DNA of 64,000 nucleotides from Selaginella moellendorffii (taxonomy: Eukaryota; Plantae; Lycopodiophyta), in the NCBI RefSeq assembly GCF_000143415.4, contig NW_003314307.1:262922-326921 (forward strand), given 5' to 3'. The position numbers and the translations under genes are program-made. The notes beneath the pieces are model-generated. The model saw only the letters and a program-made list of their open reading frames with translations. It did no database searches and was not told the origin of the DNA. Shown here piece by piece: positions 22,230-36,400 of the stretch (the first letter of the stretch is position 1; each line of letters begins with the position of its first letter).

Positions 22230-25200
22230 TGTAAGCCATAATTTTTTCCTTTCCAATTTGCCAGCTTACCTCGTCTATCTGTCCAACACTGCCTTAGCTT
22301 TTGCTAAGTTCCCTTACCAAGGTTCCCGCCTATGGTACCAGCTCCTACTTGGTCCTACTTGGTTTCAGCTACTCACTGCACAAGCAACGGAGTGTTAGCC
22401 ATCCATCCACGGATTCCCAAATCTCTCTCAATCCCCCTCCCCGGGTTAGACTGGACTTAAGGTTCAGCTACACTCCCCACAAGCACAAGCAGCCAAGCAC
22501 ACCAAGCTTCCAAGTTCCTAACTTCCCTTGGTACCACAAGACTTGATAATGGGACCCTCTAAATCCCAAGTCTCGGGTTCAACACTTGCTTCGGGATGCT
22601 GGGGCAAAACACCGTGGCCTAACGGCCCGGTATGGGTACCTCTACCCCCCCACTTCCATCCCGAAGGGAAGGTCCAAGCCCCTAGGAAGGGCAAGGACCA
22701 ATGAGCCGTATGGTACTCAAATGGGCACCACTCCACATGAGCCGGGAGCACCGCAGTCAGTTTCCCTTTCGGGAGTGGGAGCTACTCTTGAGCACTTCCT
22801 TGGATGGCCCCTCCGGCACCAACCAAGTCCATGCTCACTCCCACCCAAGGCCCCTTGGTCCCAGTCCCAACCTCAAGTCAGTTTGGAAGCCCCACTGGAG
22901 AGTTCCTTCAAAACTGGTTCCTGGACCTCACTATCCCTACTATACTTTTGGAACTCCCTGCAACCCCCCCCCTAGGAGACGCACGCTTTGGGCTTTCACC
23001 CCTTGACCCGTATTAGTACTGAGACTTAGTCTCTAGCTCGATCTCGGACTCGATCTCGGATCCGACTTCGGATTTGGTCTCGGACTCGATCTCGGACTTG
23101 ATCTCGGACCCGATCTCGGACCCGACCTCGGACTCGACCTTGGACTCGGTCTCGGACCCAATTTCGGATCTCGGACTCGGTCTCGAACTCGGTCTCCGAG
23201 TCGGTCTCGGACTCGATTCCGGACTCTATCTCGAACTCGGTCTTAGAGTCGGTCTTGGACTCGATCTTAGACTTGGTCCCATCCGATGAACTCTTTATCA
23301 TTTTGGTCATGCTTTCGGGGCTCCTTTAGCCTACAACACCTCGGCGAGTTGGTTCCTTACAACTCGACCACCTATAGAAGAAGTTCGATGCCCACATCGA
23401 ACGTCTCTTTTTTATCCTACGACTTGTTGACCATGTTTCCAGGGGCATCCCCCCACTTAGCGGTGTGCCTAAGTTGGCCAAGAGCCCATGACAACGGAAT
23501 ATAGGTGTCCCTATACTCCTCACCTCACCACGCCCTAGTATGGGGTTAGGACTTGAACCCAGCCTTGCTTTACTAGGGGGTTGGGACTCGAACGCAACCT
23601 CTATAGAATACGTCTACGGATTCGACATCCCCACAGGGAGCCGGGCGTAGTTCCCTACGCCTGGTCGACCTAGCTAACCCATGCTAATTAGCTTACCTTC
23701 GGCGCGCCTTCAGGTCCCAACATATGCCATTACTCAATTTCTCAAAGTGATATTTTTAATTGAACTTTGCATAAGTACATAGAGTTCTGCCTTGCAGAAA
23801 TTCCTCCACTAGATCTCGCGCGTTCGCTAGGTTCTCCTCCGGTTCCTATGTTGCTTCGTAGTGTGGAAATCTTTTCCACTTCACATGGAACTCTCTCACC
23901 TCACATCCTTGTCGCTTGCTCTTGCGCGCATTGAGGATGGCCTCGACTTTGTATTCCTCTTCCCTTGGATAACCTTAGGTAAAGGTCTTACTTGGTCCTT
24001 GCGAAGTGGATCCTCAAAATACGGCTTGAGTAAGTTCACATGGAACATGGGATGCATCTTCCCCATCTCTCGAGGAAGTCGAAGACGGTAAGCCACTTTA
24101 CCAATTCGAGCCTCAATCTTGTAAGGCCCCGCGAACCTGCTTAAGGAACTCAAGATCAATTCACTTATAGGAATGCATGCATTTTTACCTTTGGGTCAAC
24201 TTCCGGCTGATCCCACTTGGTAGCCTGAGGTTCTTGGTGTTCAGCCACACCCTCTCCCCAGCTTGGAACTCTACGTCCCGGCGCTTTTGGTTCGCGTACT
24301 TGGTTTGCCTTTGTTGCGCCCGTTCCAAGGAATCCCTCACTAGATTCCAAATGTTGAGTCTTTCCACCGTGAATGCCTCCACTGCGGGTAGCTCTCCATG
24401 ATACTTGCCCATGCCGAGTTCCACAGGACCTTCAATAGCTCACCCATTGATGACTTCCCATGGACTCACCCCGATACTCGAATGTGGTGAGTTGTTATAA
24501 CACACTTCCGCAAGTCCCAAATGACTCACCCAATCGGTCTGGTCTCCTGAGACATAGCATCGCAAATAATCCTCCAGCTGCCTATTCACCCTTTCCGTTT
24601 GTCCGTCTGTCAAGAAGTGTTAGTACCACCAAATTTGACTTAATACCCCATACCTGTCTGTGGGTGATAGGCTGTGCTGAATTTCAACTTGATGCGATAC
24701 TGTTCCAGGAGAGTCCTCCAGAACCTACTGGTGAAGATCTTATCTCGATCTGAGATGATCTCTTTTGGCCTTCCCCGCACTCGAACCACTTGTTCGAAGA
24801 ATAGCTTCTACACCTTCCGCATCCACTTCCATTGTGGTGGGTATAAAATGTGCCATTTTCAAAAATCGGTCCACCACCACGAATATCGCATCAAACCCCT
24901 CGCTTGGGGGAAGTCCCGTGATGAAGTCCATCGTAAGACATTTCCACGAACAATCTGGAATTGGGATGCTTTGCAACAAGCCCCCACTAGCCTTAGTCAC
25001 GGCTTTGACCTGCTGACATGTTGGACATGTCTTTACATAGTCTTGGACGTCCTTAGCCATATCTGGCCAATGGTACTTCTTCTTGAGTAAGCCCATCGTC
25101 TTGGGCACTCCGCCGTGTCCCGCAAGAGGTTCGTCATGACACTCTTCTAAGGCTACCTTCCTTAGTTCCCCTTCTGGAACATACACCCTCGTTTGCTTGT

Positions 25201-28200
25201 AATAGATGAGTCCGTTGCGTTCCGCATAGCCCGTTTTCTCTTCCGTTGGCAGCTCACCTCTCTGGTGAGCTTCCCGTGCCTCTAGATTCCTCAGCAACAC
25301 TTCTTGTGCTCGACCATCGTTCTCATATGCTGTCCGCACATCGTCCCAGAAGGTTGTTGTTGCACTGGATATCGCCAACCTCAAGCTCGCTTTTCGACTT
25401 AGCACATCCGCCACGATGTTGCTCTTCCCAGGCTTGTACAGAATCTCGCAATCAAACTCGGCCAAGGCATTGGCCCACCGACCTTGTTTCCCTCTCAGAC
25501 CGGGCTGTGACAAGAAGTGTTTTGTTGCCACATTGTCCGTGTAAACCTTGAAGTGTCTCCCAAGGTAGTGTCGCCACTCCTTGAGTGCCTTGACCACCGC
25601 AAACAATTCCTTCTCATGGGCAAGCCACTTCTGTTGAGCCTTGTCCAACTTCTTCGAGAAGAACGCTACTGGGTGGTTGTCTTGCTTCAAAATTGCGCCC
25701 AACACAAAGTCCGAAGCATCCATTTCTACCTCAAAGTCCTTACCAAAGTCCGGTAATGCCAACACGGGAGCCTTCCTCAACTTCCCTTTGAGGTGGACGA
25801 ATGTCGCCTCGCATTTTGCTGTCCATACCATCTTCCCTCTTCTTGTTTGGTCCGTTAAGGGCAAGGCTACTCTCGAATAGTGTCTAATAAACTTTCGATA
25901 GTAGTTGCATAGCCCCAAGAACGCCCTCAACTCATGTACATTCGATGGTCGCTCCCATTCCTAGATTGCTTGGACCTTCTCCGGGTCCACCTTGAGCCCG
26001 TCTTAGCCCACCACATGCCCGAGAAACTTTACCTTTTGTTGAGCAAAGTCACATTTGCTCTCTTTAGCATACAGTTTGTGTTCCCTTAGTTTCTCAAACA
26101 CCTTCGCCAAGTGTTCAGCATGCTCCTCTAGCGTCTCGCTATAAATCAGGATGTCGTCGATATAGACGACCACAAAGTGATCCAGATAGAGTACAGAGAT
26201 GTGGTTCATCAGCGCCAAAAATGTTGCCGGCGCATTGCATAGCCTGAAGGGCATCACCAGAAACTCAAAGCTCCCATACCTCGTTCAACAGGTTGTCTTC
26301 TCGACATTAACAGGTTGTCTTCTCGACATCTTCCTCGGCTACCCTGATCTGGTAGTATCCTGACCTTAGGTCAATCCTCGAGAAGTATTTTGCCTTTCCC
26401 AACCTATTAAACAGGTCCTCAATTCTTGGCAAAGGGTACTTGTTCTTCTTTGTATACTTGTTGAGCAACCGGTAGTCTATGCACATGCGTATAGAACCAT
26501 CTTTCTTTTTCACAAATAACACCGGCACCCCATACGGCGACTTGCTCAACCTAACATACCCTTTATCCACCAACTCCTCTAGTTGGCACTTGAGCTCCTT
26601 GAGTTCTTTTTCGTTCAAACGATAGGGGGGACGAACCACCGCCTCAGCACTCTCGACCAACTCAATCTTATGTTCTATCGGTCATGCGGGGGGCAACCCC
26701 GCCGGTAACTCCTCCGGCATGGTATCCTGGACAATTATTGGTCCAACACCCGCTAGATCACTAAAGGTACTTCTTCCGTTCTTGTCTTTTTGTCACTCTT
26801 CACTGAGAGTAAGCACAAAAAGGCTGCCTTAGTTCCTTTAGTGAGTTGTCCTCTCGTGGACACCAGGTTTAAGCAGGAATCTTTGGCCTTGCTTTGCCCT
26901 ACCTTTAGATCCTGGGCCTCCACCCTAAATCTTCTTCCTTGGGCATTTGCCAGTACCACAAGGTTCCTACCTTGTCCATGCAGGGCTACCACAAACCGAT
27001 TGAACCAATCCATTCCGAAGATCACGTCAAATCCCACCATGTCCAACACGGTGAAATCCATGTTTACTTTCCATGTCCCTACTTCGACTCTCGCTTGTCG
27101 AAGTACCTCATCGGTGCTTTGGCTACCCTGAACAAACTCTATAGTCCTTGGTTCGCCTAGCCGCTGCACCGTTAGTCCGGCTTGCCGGACTATGTCTGCA
27201 GCCACAAAATTATCCGAAGCACCCGTGTCAATAAGGATCTTAACAAAGCTACCTCCGAGCTTCCCTCGGAGGGCTAGTAGATGTCGCGAACGACTCTCTA
27301 CCAAAGTTGCTCGTGTAATGAGTAACTTTGAGTTAGGGACTGGATCACATACCTCAGTTTGGACTTCACCCGACTTGATGGCCATATTGGCTCTGGCCTT
27401 CTTCGGGTAGGGACATTCCCTCGAAAAGTGTCCCACTTCACCGCAGTTGTAGCATACGTTGTTTCCCACGCTGCTATACGACTTGACCTTCTTATCCATG
27501 GGTTTGTCTCTTTTCGCTTGACTCCCCCATATACTCACTCGCTGGCCACTGCATTTGCCTTTCCAGAACCCCGAGGACTCATTCTTAGAGAAACTCTTCT
27601 TGAATTTCCCCCTGCTAAACGTTCCCCTTGGTTTGGCCCCTTTGCTAAACGTGGATCCCGACCCCGTCGTGTTCCCCTTTCGCAGGTTATCGTTGAAATG
27701 CACCTTGATGGCCGCATCCAACGCTTCCTTGTAGTTGGTCGGGTTCCAGTGCATCACCTCACCGCAAGCCCAGGTTTGCAAACCCGATATGAAGGCATGG
27801 AACGCATCCATATCCCCCATGTCCGTGACAAGTATCCTCTTTGCCATGAACCCATTCACATATTCCTGGATGGTTCCAGTCTGCTTCAGCCTACTCAGCT
27901 CATCTCTCAAATGCAGAGTGGCATTTGGAGGAACGTATATTGCGCGGATCCTCGCCTTCATCATGTCCCAAGTGGCCACTAATCCTTCGTTGGCCTCCGT
28001 TGTTCTCCACCAAGACTTGGCATTATCTGCCAAGTATGGTTTTGCACATGGGACCTTCTCCGAACTCGGTAACCGCAACGCTTGGAAGTAGTCCTCTATA
28101 TCGTAAAACCAATCCTCCACCACCTTATAGTCGTTCACTCCCTTGAAGACCGGTGGGGGCTTTGGTTTGTACTTGGGAACTGCCTGAGGGACTGATTCCA

Positions 28201-29746
28201 CTTCGGTCTGTTCGACTTTGTTTGGTTTTGCCTCAGTCCCTGCCGAAGGGTCCACACCTTCTGTGCTGCCAGCATCCGCAGTCTTTCGCCTTTTCTTCCG
28301 CTTCTCGTCACACTTTAGCTTGCATACGAGAGTCTCCACCAGAGCATTGGTCTGTGCCAATTGTCCTTCTAGAACGTCCAATCGAGTTGGACGACCGAAC
28401 CTCGCCACCGGACTCCTGTTTGGAAGTTTCCTCACTAGAGTCCTCCTCATGCAAGGATTCCTCATCCATAGCCTCTTGTTCGACCGGAGGCTCCAGCTCT
28501 GGCAGAGGTTCCGTCTCCACCTGGGTTCACTTACGCCCTGCCTTTGCCATCTCCCAGCAATCCGCCTCTATCCTTCGCTAGAACTGAGGAAAAGGCTCCG
28601 ATACCAAATTGTAAGCCACAATTTTTTCCTTTCCAATTTGCCAGCTTACCTCGTCTATCCGTCCAACACTGCCTTAGCTTTTGCTAAGTTCCCTTACCAA
28701 GGTTCCTGCCTATGGTACCAGCTCCTACTTGGTCCTACTTGGTTTCAGCTACTCACTGCATGAGCAACGGAGTGTTAGCCATCCATCCACGAATTCCCAA
28801 ATCTCTCTCAATCCCCCTCCCCGGGTTAGATTGGACTTAAGGTTCGGCTACACTCCCCACAAGCACAAGCAGCCAAGCACACCAAGCTTCCAAGTTCCTA
28901 ACTTCCCTTGGTACCACAAGACTTGATCATGGGACCCTCTAAATCCCAAGTCTCGAGTGCAACACTTGTTTTGGGACGCCGGGGCGAAACACCGTGGCCT
29001 AATGGCCCGGTATGGGTACCTCTACCCCCCCACTTCCATCCCTAAGGGAAGGTCCAAGCCCCTAAGAAGGGCGAGGACCAATGAGCCGCATGGTACTCAA
29101 GTGGGGCACCACTCCACATGAGCCGGGAGCACCGCAGTCGGTTTCCCTTTTGGGTGTGGGAGCTTTCTTGGATGGCCCCTTCGGCACCAACCAAGTCCAT
29201 GCTCACTCCCACCCAAGGCCCCTCGGTCCCAGTCCCAACCTCAAGTCAATTTGGAAGCCCCACTGGAGAGTTCCTTCAAAACTGGTTCCTGGACCTCACT
29301 ATCCCTACTATACTTTTGGAACCCCCTGCAACCCCCCCCCCCCCCCGGGAGACGCACGCTTTGGGCTTTCACCCCTTGACCCGTATTAGTACTGGGACTT
29401 AGTCTCTGGCTCGATCTCGGACTTGATCTCGGATCCGACTTTGGATTCGGTCTCGGACTCGATCTCGGACTTGATCTCAGACCCGATCTTAGACCCGACC
29501 TCGGACTCGACCTCGGACTCGGTCTCGGACCCGATTTCGGATCTCGGACTCAGTCTCGAACTCGGTTTCGAACTCGGTCTCCGAGTCGGTCTCGGACTCG
29601 ATTCCGGACTCTATCTCGAACTCGGTCTTAGAGTCGGTCTTGGACTCGATCTTAGACTTGGTCCCATCCGATGAACTCTTTATCATTTTGGTCATGCTTT
29701 CGAGGCTCCTTTAGCCTACGACACCTCAGCGAGTTAGTTCCTTACA
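22230..29746 (-). mobile_element. Decayed chromoviral Ty3/gypsy retrotransposon (family B) nested in A1
   Basis: LTRs 22230-23361 and 28610-29746. ATAAG TSD at 22225-22229 and 29747-29751. iMet PBS (TGGTATCGGAGC) at 28595-28606 on the minus strand. gag-PR-RT-RH-IN-chromodomain remnants. Confidence 0.96.
23790..28550 (-). pseudogene. gag-pol of element B with C-terminal chromodomain, broken by stops and frameshifts
   Basis: Gag 'CYNCGEVGHFSRECP', PR 'LIDTGASDNF', RT 'MCIDYR..NK' and '[11 protein letters not shown]', RH 'DASDF', IN 'HDEPLAGHGG..CPTCQ' and 'FAGPYKI'. Chromodomain 'EYKVEAIL...FHVKWKRFPHYEAT*EPEENL' at about 23800-23958. Confidence 0.93.
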
Positions 29747-30433
29747 ATAAGTACCTAGTCAGCCAAGTGTAAATGGTTCATAGAACGCGCGAAATCAGAG
29801 TGGCACAGCAGAAGCGTGGTCTTGAAGCTTGCCATAAGGCGAGGCTTTCAAGATTGGGGAAGTAGTTCCCGAGTGTTCAAAAAAAGGGCTTTGGATGAAA
29901 GTCGATGGTTAAGGACTTTCACGCTTATGCATGAACCATATTATGGTGGCCGAATGACTTGCTAAGTGAGATTGGCAAGTCGGGGGGAACAAATCCTCTA
30001 GTTGAAGGTGCTAACTTCAAAAAGGGGTGGATTATGGGGCCGAGCATGAAGGAGTCCATGCATGATCACAGACTTGTCAAGCGAGAGGACTTGGTAGTGT
30101 GGAGGAACTAAGTTCCTAAGCTATGATCTATAGCACACTTTAAGTACATGTTGGTGCACTGGCGTGGGGAGTCACGCCAAGCATCCTATGCAATGCCATC
30201 CATAGATATGCTCTATTTCGTTAAAGTGGGATTTATTCAGTAAAATGGGACTAGGTACAAATTTTCAAGTATTTGAAAATGACGTGAAATTATATGTTTT
30301 TTGTCCAGGGGCTAGACATATCTGGGGCATGGTGACTAGCGCGGTGACTTTATGTCCAGACTGAGTCCATCTGGTTGTATAATAAATCTCATTGTCAAGG
30401 TGAACAAGCCGAATCTGAAGCTAAAGAAGAGCG

Positions 30434-33400
30434 ATGGCATGCGCGCACACACTATTTGTTTGTTCATTGAGCGTGTGGTGAGCTTTCCAAGATGAACATC
30501 ATTCCTATTAGCCAGACATATAACTTAATGGTGAGAACATTTAGATATTATTCAATGTTATCTTTTTCTAACGAATCTAATTGTGAAGGTGTAGCAAGAG
30601 GCATTGCTAGTCTGGAGAAGTCATTTAACTCATTTGACCCTTAGTGTATTTTCATGAAACTAAATAACATTCATATTATTAAGGAATTTCTCTAGTACCT
30701 TTTTTTTACGACATAGAGGCTTGCATTTCTTTCAAAGGTGATTTAGTAAAAGGCCTAAGGGCACATGCCATTCTATTTCTCATACCGGTATTAAGATATA
30801 CTAGTGCAAAGGGAAAAAGGTATTTGGTGATCAAGTAAATGGCACGAGGGCACACGCCATTATAAGCCTAAGCGCTAGTGGACACCTCCTTTTTGGTACT
30901 CTCAGCGGTACTATCATCCTTCTCTGGGTCAGTTGTTTTGCTTTGGATTGTTGTCTCTGACGTTACTGGGGCGTTCTCGATAGTTGTTAATGTTGCCGTT
31001 TGTTCAGAAAAATGATCACCTGGAGTATAGTACGGGGAGTTTGGAAGACTTATATATTCTACATCTTCACCTATCTCCTTCTCCGTCTCCTTTTCTGCCT
31101 CACTTACAGATTTTGTGCTTGCCATGAGAACGCTCTTCACCCTAAAATATGGAGTTTGTTGTGTTATAAAAGGAAACCAACACACACGCTGCAAGGGAAT
31201 GATGGTACATAAAGCACGTAAGCCCACAATATGGGTTTATGTGCCATTAATATGGGCCACACGCCATATTATTAGATTTATGCACGTGTGATTGGTAAAT
31301 GCATATGTCACATCATCTTTGTTTTACCTCACACACTATATCAGGCCTAATGAACCATATCACATGTGCGCACATGCTATATATATGGAGAAGTATTATG
31401 CAAGGATAGAAAAATTCAATGCATGATTGTGGAGAGCAATGGCATGAAGCCACATGCTAAATAACATTTTAGAGAAAGAATTAAAATAAAAACATGCAAA
31501 CAGTACTAAGTGGACCAAGACTTAGAAGTGCACAATTGAATGAGGTATTTCTAATAAATATTTCACTCACCTCATATAGGAATGGCTACCACTCTCAAAT
31601 GGCGTATCGCCTCATGCCATCACCTCGCAATTTGTTATAACAATCCGATGAATTCATATTCGGCTTGTTCACCTTAAACTTTAAGTAAGATTTGCTAGAA
31701 CAACTAAGAATTTATACTTGTTATTTGTATCATCTCACCTAGGAATGGCGTAAGGCCACATGCCATCACGCCTCCTCTGATTCAGATTCGGATTGTTCAC
31801 CTTGAAATAAAATACATTAGAAACTTAATAAAGGAATATTAGTTGCAATTAGTAATTAGCAATTAGTAATTAGTAAAATCTAGTTGCAATCTAACGGTTG
31901 GATCTCCAGAAAACTCAAAAAAATCTCGCGCGTGTCAGAATATCCTAGGAATATACTCCTATGTGCCCCTGAAAATGGCATGCGGCCCCACACCATTCAA
32001 GAGATAACGCCAGATGACGCCGAGAATTTTTTGGTGCATTTTTTGGGTTCAAAATTGCATGAGCCCACACGCTATAAAGTTTATCTTTGCCAAATAGAGA
32101 AAAGTTTATCTGTGTCATGTGAGGTAGTTACAGTCCTTTGTGCTCGGCATCTGCCTCTTGCACCATTTGCACTGAAAGGGAATTTTTCTCCATTCAGCAT
32201 TTGGCCTTGAAAATGGCATGCGCCCACACGCCATTCAAGGAATAAGGCCACAGGACGTCTGGATTTTTGGGTTTAAAATGTTTAGGGTTTTTTGGGTTTT
32301 TTCAAAATATTTTGGGTCCAACGTTTTTTGGGTTTCTTTGGTTCAAAATTGCATGAGCCCACACGCTATAATATTGATTTGAGAGAAAAATAGAAACAGA
32401 TAGAATTTCTTTATTTAGCTGAATATCTGCCATTTTTGGAAATATAAGATGCTTTGGAATATCCAATCATGCATGGTATAAATATAGCGAGGGTATTAAA
32501 TGATATCCCAATCATGATCTTTCTTTTGGATTTCGCGTGCATGCAGTCCGAGGAATGATGACGTTGCGGATTTCTTTTGGATTTTGCGTGCTTGCATGCG
32601 CGCGGCAATCCAGAAATTAATGGTGGCACCCAAGTCCGAGGAATGATGACATGGCGGGATTACCAACCGTTGTGACATTTCGCGCGTGTGAGGTTAGGTT
32701 TTGCATTTTGCTTCGTACTCGCGCTCGCGCTCGCATCACACTCGCGCTCGCATCGCGCTCCCACTCGCGATCACGCTCACATTCGCGCTCATCTACCTTC
32801 TCTACAGGTTTCTCGTGTGCATCGGCATCCACTCGCGCTTGCATCACACTCGCGCTCGCATCGCGCTTGTGTGCATCGGCATCCACTTCAAGACACACCC
32901 AGTTTGTAACTTCGCCGCCAACTCTGCCACCCACTCCGCCACCCACACGTAGCCCACTTGGCGTCCCGGGAGATTTCAGCGCCACTCTCCAACTGTTAAG
33001 TGGCAGAGTAGCCTTGCTGCTACGATCCGCTGCACACACAGTGCACATTCGCCAGCGAGTCCGGCCTCGATTGTCACGCCTCCATTCGGCTTCAAATGGT
33101 AAGTCTTTTAGGCCAAGTAGAAAATGGCATGAGGCCACATGCCATTCAGTAGCAACATTGGCATGCACCGATTGGGCTCTCGAGTGCAGTCCGGTTACAG
33201 ATGGCGTGTAGCCTCACGCCATCTTAGGATGCAGCCTCAAGACATTTGATGCAGTGGTGAATGGCGTGTGGCCTCACGTTATTTCCAGCTACTAGCTTTT
33301 CATCTGTCAGCTCTAATTGTTGTGCATTTCTGAACAGGCGAGGAATTGTGTTCTTCTTCCAGCCACTGTCAATATGGATGCAGAGAAGGGGGAGGAGCTC

Positions 33401-36400
33401 ACCAGTTGGACTTTCGGGATGGAAGGCGAGGATCTGAGGCTGTACAACACAGATGGTGGGAGAAAAGAATGCATGGGGATCCTCATCCAAGTGACAGACA
33501 CTCCATGCAGTTCCATGCAAGAATATGGACTGGCACTTGTGGTAGAGACAGCGTCCGCCTTCAAGATCCACCTTGCACATCCTAGCGGCTTCCTGGAGGG
33601 GGGCAGTGGCTATGAGGAATTCCTAGAGGGAGCTAGGGAGAGGTTGTCCAGGAGGCCCACAATTTCAAAAACACTGCGGGTCTATGAAGATCACATGGAA
33701 TCCACGGACCTCACCTACAGCGATGTTCAAAAACTATATTCCAACATTGAGCCGTTGAGAGTGCCTCTAGTTCGCGAAGCGAAGGGGAAGGGGGTCGATC
33801 TGGAAACTACTCTGAAGCAGAAAAGGGTGGTCAAGCTCAAGCCGACGTCCGACTCTCTTGCTCCAAAAAAGAAGCTACTCAGTGATGCCATTGCCTCAGG
33901 TTCGAACACTACACCCACCAAAAAGAAGAGCCGCAAAGAGCAGAAAGAGCAAGAAGAGGCAGCAAAAATCGTCGTAGATAATAGTACTTGTTACTATTCC
34001 AACAAAGTATATACAATCGACGTGAGCCGTATCGACATCCAAAGCAAATACAACCACAGGCTAGTATCTTATGAGTGGGTGGAGAAACTGAAGCAGAAGA
34101 TGCTGGCAAGTCTAGTAACACCCGACATCGCAGACGTGATCCCCTACTACCGAACAATGAAGGGCGAGACGAGGTTTCCAGACTTGATCAATAGGAAGGT
34201 GTTGGATGATTAGAACATCCGGTTCTATGCCGTCTCCGGGCAGCATTCTAGCTTGGCGATGCAAGAGATAGTTGTGGATATTATGGTGGGCGAGGAGGTG
34301 AAGAAAGTCTTCAAGACAAGAGTTGTCCGCCTGATAAAAGGCAACTCGCCCCTCCGATCTATCATATCCATCTCCCACGCACAGAATGTCAAGCAAGAAA
34401 CATGCTACAAATCGGGTCTGCACGAGACATTGGCACGAACACGGAAGCTCTGGGTTCAACTGAAGAAGCCACAAAAACCAGGACAAGGACGTGCACTAGC
34501 AACTAGCGCCTGGCAGGTAAGCCTCATTGCATGTGGCATAGCATGTGGCCTCACGCCATTTCCATTGCAGGAATTCTCGAGTCTTCTCTCGAAAACACTG
34601 GGGGTCAATGACACACTCAGCATCCATAACATTCTACTCGTGACAAAAGTTGTTTTTGACAAATGGGTAGATGTGCTGAGGAGGTACCATGACGGGGAGT
34701 TGCTAAACTCAATGGGTGTGGAGGACGGCCGGAAGCCCAATGATTTGAAGCTCAACGCCTTACGTTTCTCGCGGTCTCTAGACGACGACGACCTTCTGAC
34801 AGTGGCTAATGCTCTTCTACGTGGTGAGGTAGTCTTCAACAAGACCAAAATGACTCCCGGCCATATTGTGACATACGAGGACTTGTGTACGACTCTGAGA
34901 GCTCGTGCACTATTGAAGGATTGGATCTTCGAGAAGGTGGCCGTGGAGAGGGTGAGCATCGACACCACGCAAGAGATGATGGAAGAGCTGGAGTTGTCAA
35001 ATGAAGACATCGACGACTACGTGAAGGGGGCCCCCAAGTTCATCGATCTGCTGCGGGATGCCACGAAAAGTAAAGCTGAGAAGTTGGATCAATATCCAAA
35101 TTTCATTAAGAGGGATGTTGACCGCCGGCTTCAGAAACAGCTCGACCCCGCAGCAGAGGCCTATCGAGAACCTTACCGGGTATACGTGAATTCGGATGAG
35201 GATCAAAGGTGGAGGAGCATCGTTTCCCGCAGAGATGAGTAGGTCAAGAACATCTTTTGTGTGATGGACTTCACAAACAAGGAGATCACTCATGCAGACG
35301 AAGTCAGCTCCATCATTGACTTAATGGTGGGACTTGCGGAGGTGGAATCTTCAGTCCACTATATGATCTACGACTCCGAATCCTATCACAAGTTCTGGAA
35401 GGCCTTGAACGAGGTGAAGGCTCGGTTGAAAGGCAAGGAGATGCAGGAGATCCATGGGATAATGGCTAAGAAGAAGATACCGACAAATGTTCGCATCTTC
35501 ACACTCGCCCTTGTTATTGATCCTGCAGCAGAGTGGGACTGGAGTGACTTCCTAGCTTCGTTCGACAAGGCCGATCAAATTGATCTGAGGGAGGTCAATT
35601 TACCCGTGCCTGAGGAACTGAAGACGGCTATGGAGCTTTCGAATCCAGAGAAAGCTCTAGGTGCAGCATGGGAAATGCTCAGCTGGGTCTTCAATGCAAT
35701 AGCACCTGCTTCCGACTCCAAGGGCAAATGCGTTGTCGAGTACAACTGCGGCGGACTATTCTTTCGAGCCGCACTACTCAAAGGTGTCCCGTGTGTTGCG
35801 GTGACAAACTCCATTGAAGAGGTGACTTCAATGAAGCATATAATTACAGTTGCCAAAGAAAAACAGTATCTTCTCTGCGAACCTGGTGAGTACGCACTTT
35901 AAGTTTAAATGTTATCTCACAAGCTCTGTATGCAGGAGCGTGGCCACCCCCAGATGCTGAAATGGCGTTAACAGCTACTGTTGGGCCGAGCTCACAACCT
36001 ACACAAGGTAAGGTCACGTGAGGCCTCACGCCATTTTGATTATAGATCGTTGTGAATATTCAGACACGAGGACTGAAAAGCGCACTGGTGGCGTGTCGAA
36101 GAAGGACAAACAGACAAGCAATAGAAAAAAAGGAGGTACAAATTATATTTGCAATGGCGTGTGGTCTCATGCCATTCCTTGCAGGAGACACTTCTTCAAA
36201 GGCAAAACAGGCAAGCATTATTCAAGCTCAAACTGACAGTGGTCATAAAAAGCGAAAGCACGTTGGACAGTCGTCGGGATCAAAGGCGTTTGATTCGAAA
36301 AGGAAGAAGGGCAACGAAAAGATGATAGGTAATGCCTCGCGGTCACCACCTCCTGACTCAGATTCCTATGGCGGACTCCCCTTCCCCAATCTCAATGGAG

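Noticed and set aside
26287-26329. 22-nt tandem duplication in the RT of element B
   Set aside because: It is a simple inactivating mutation rather than a regulatory signal.
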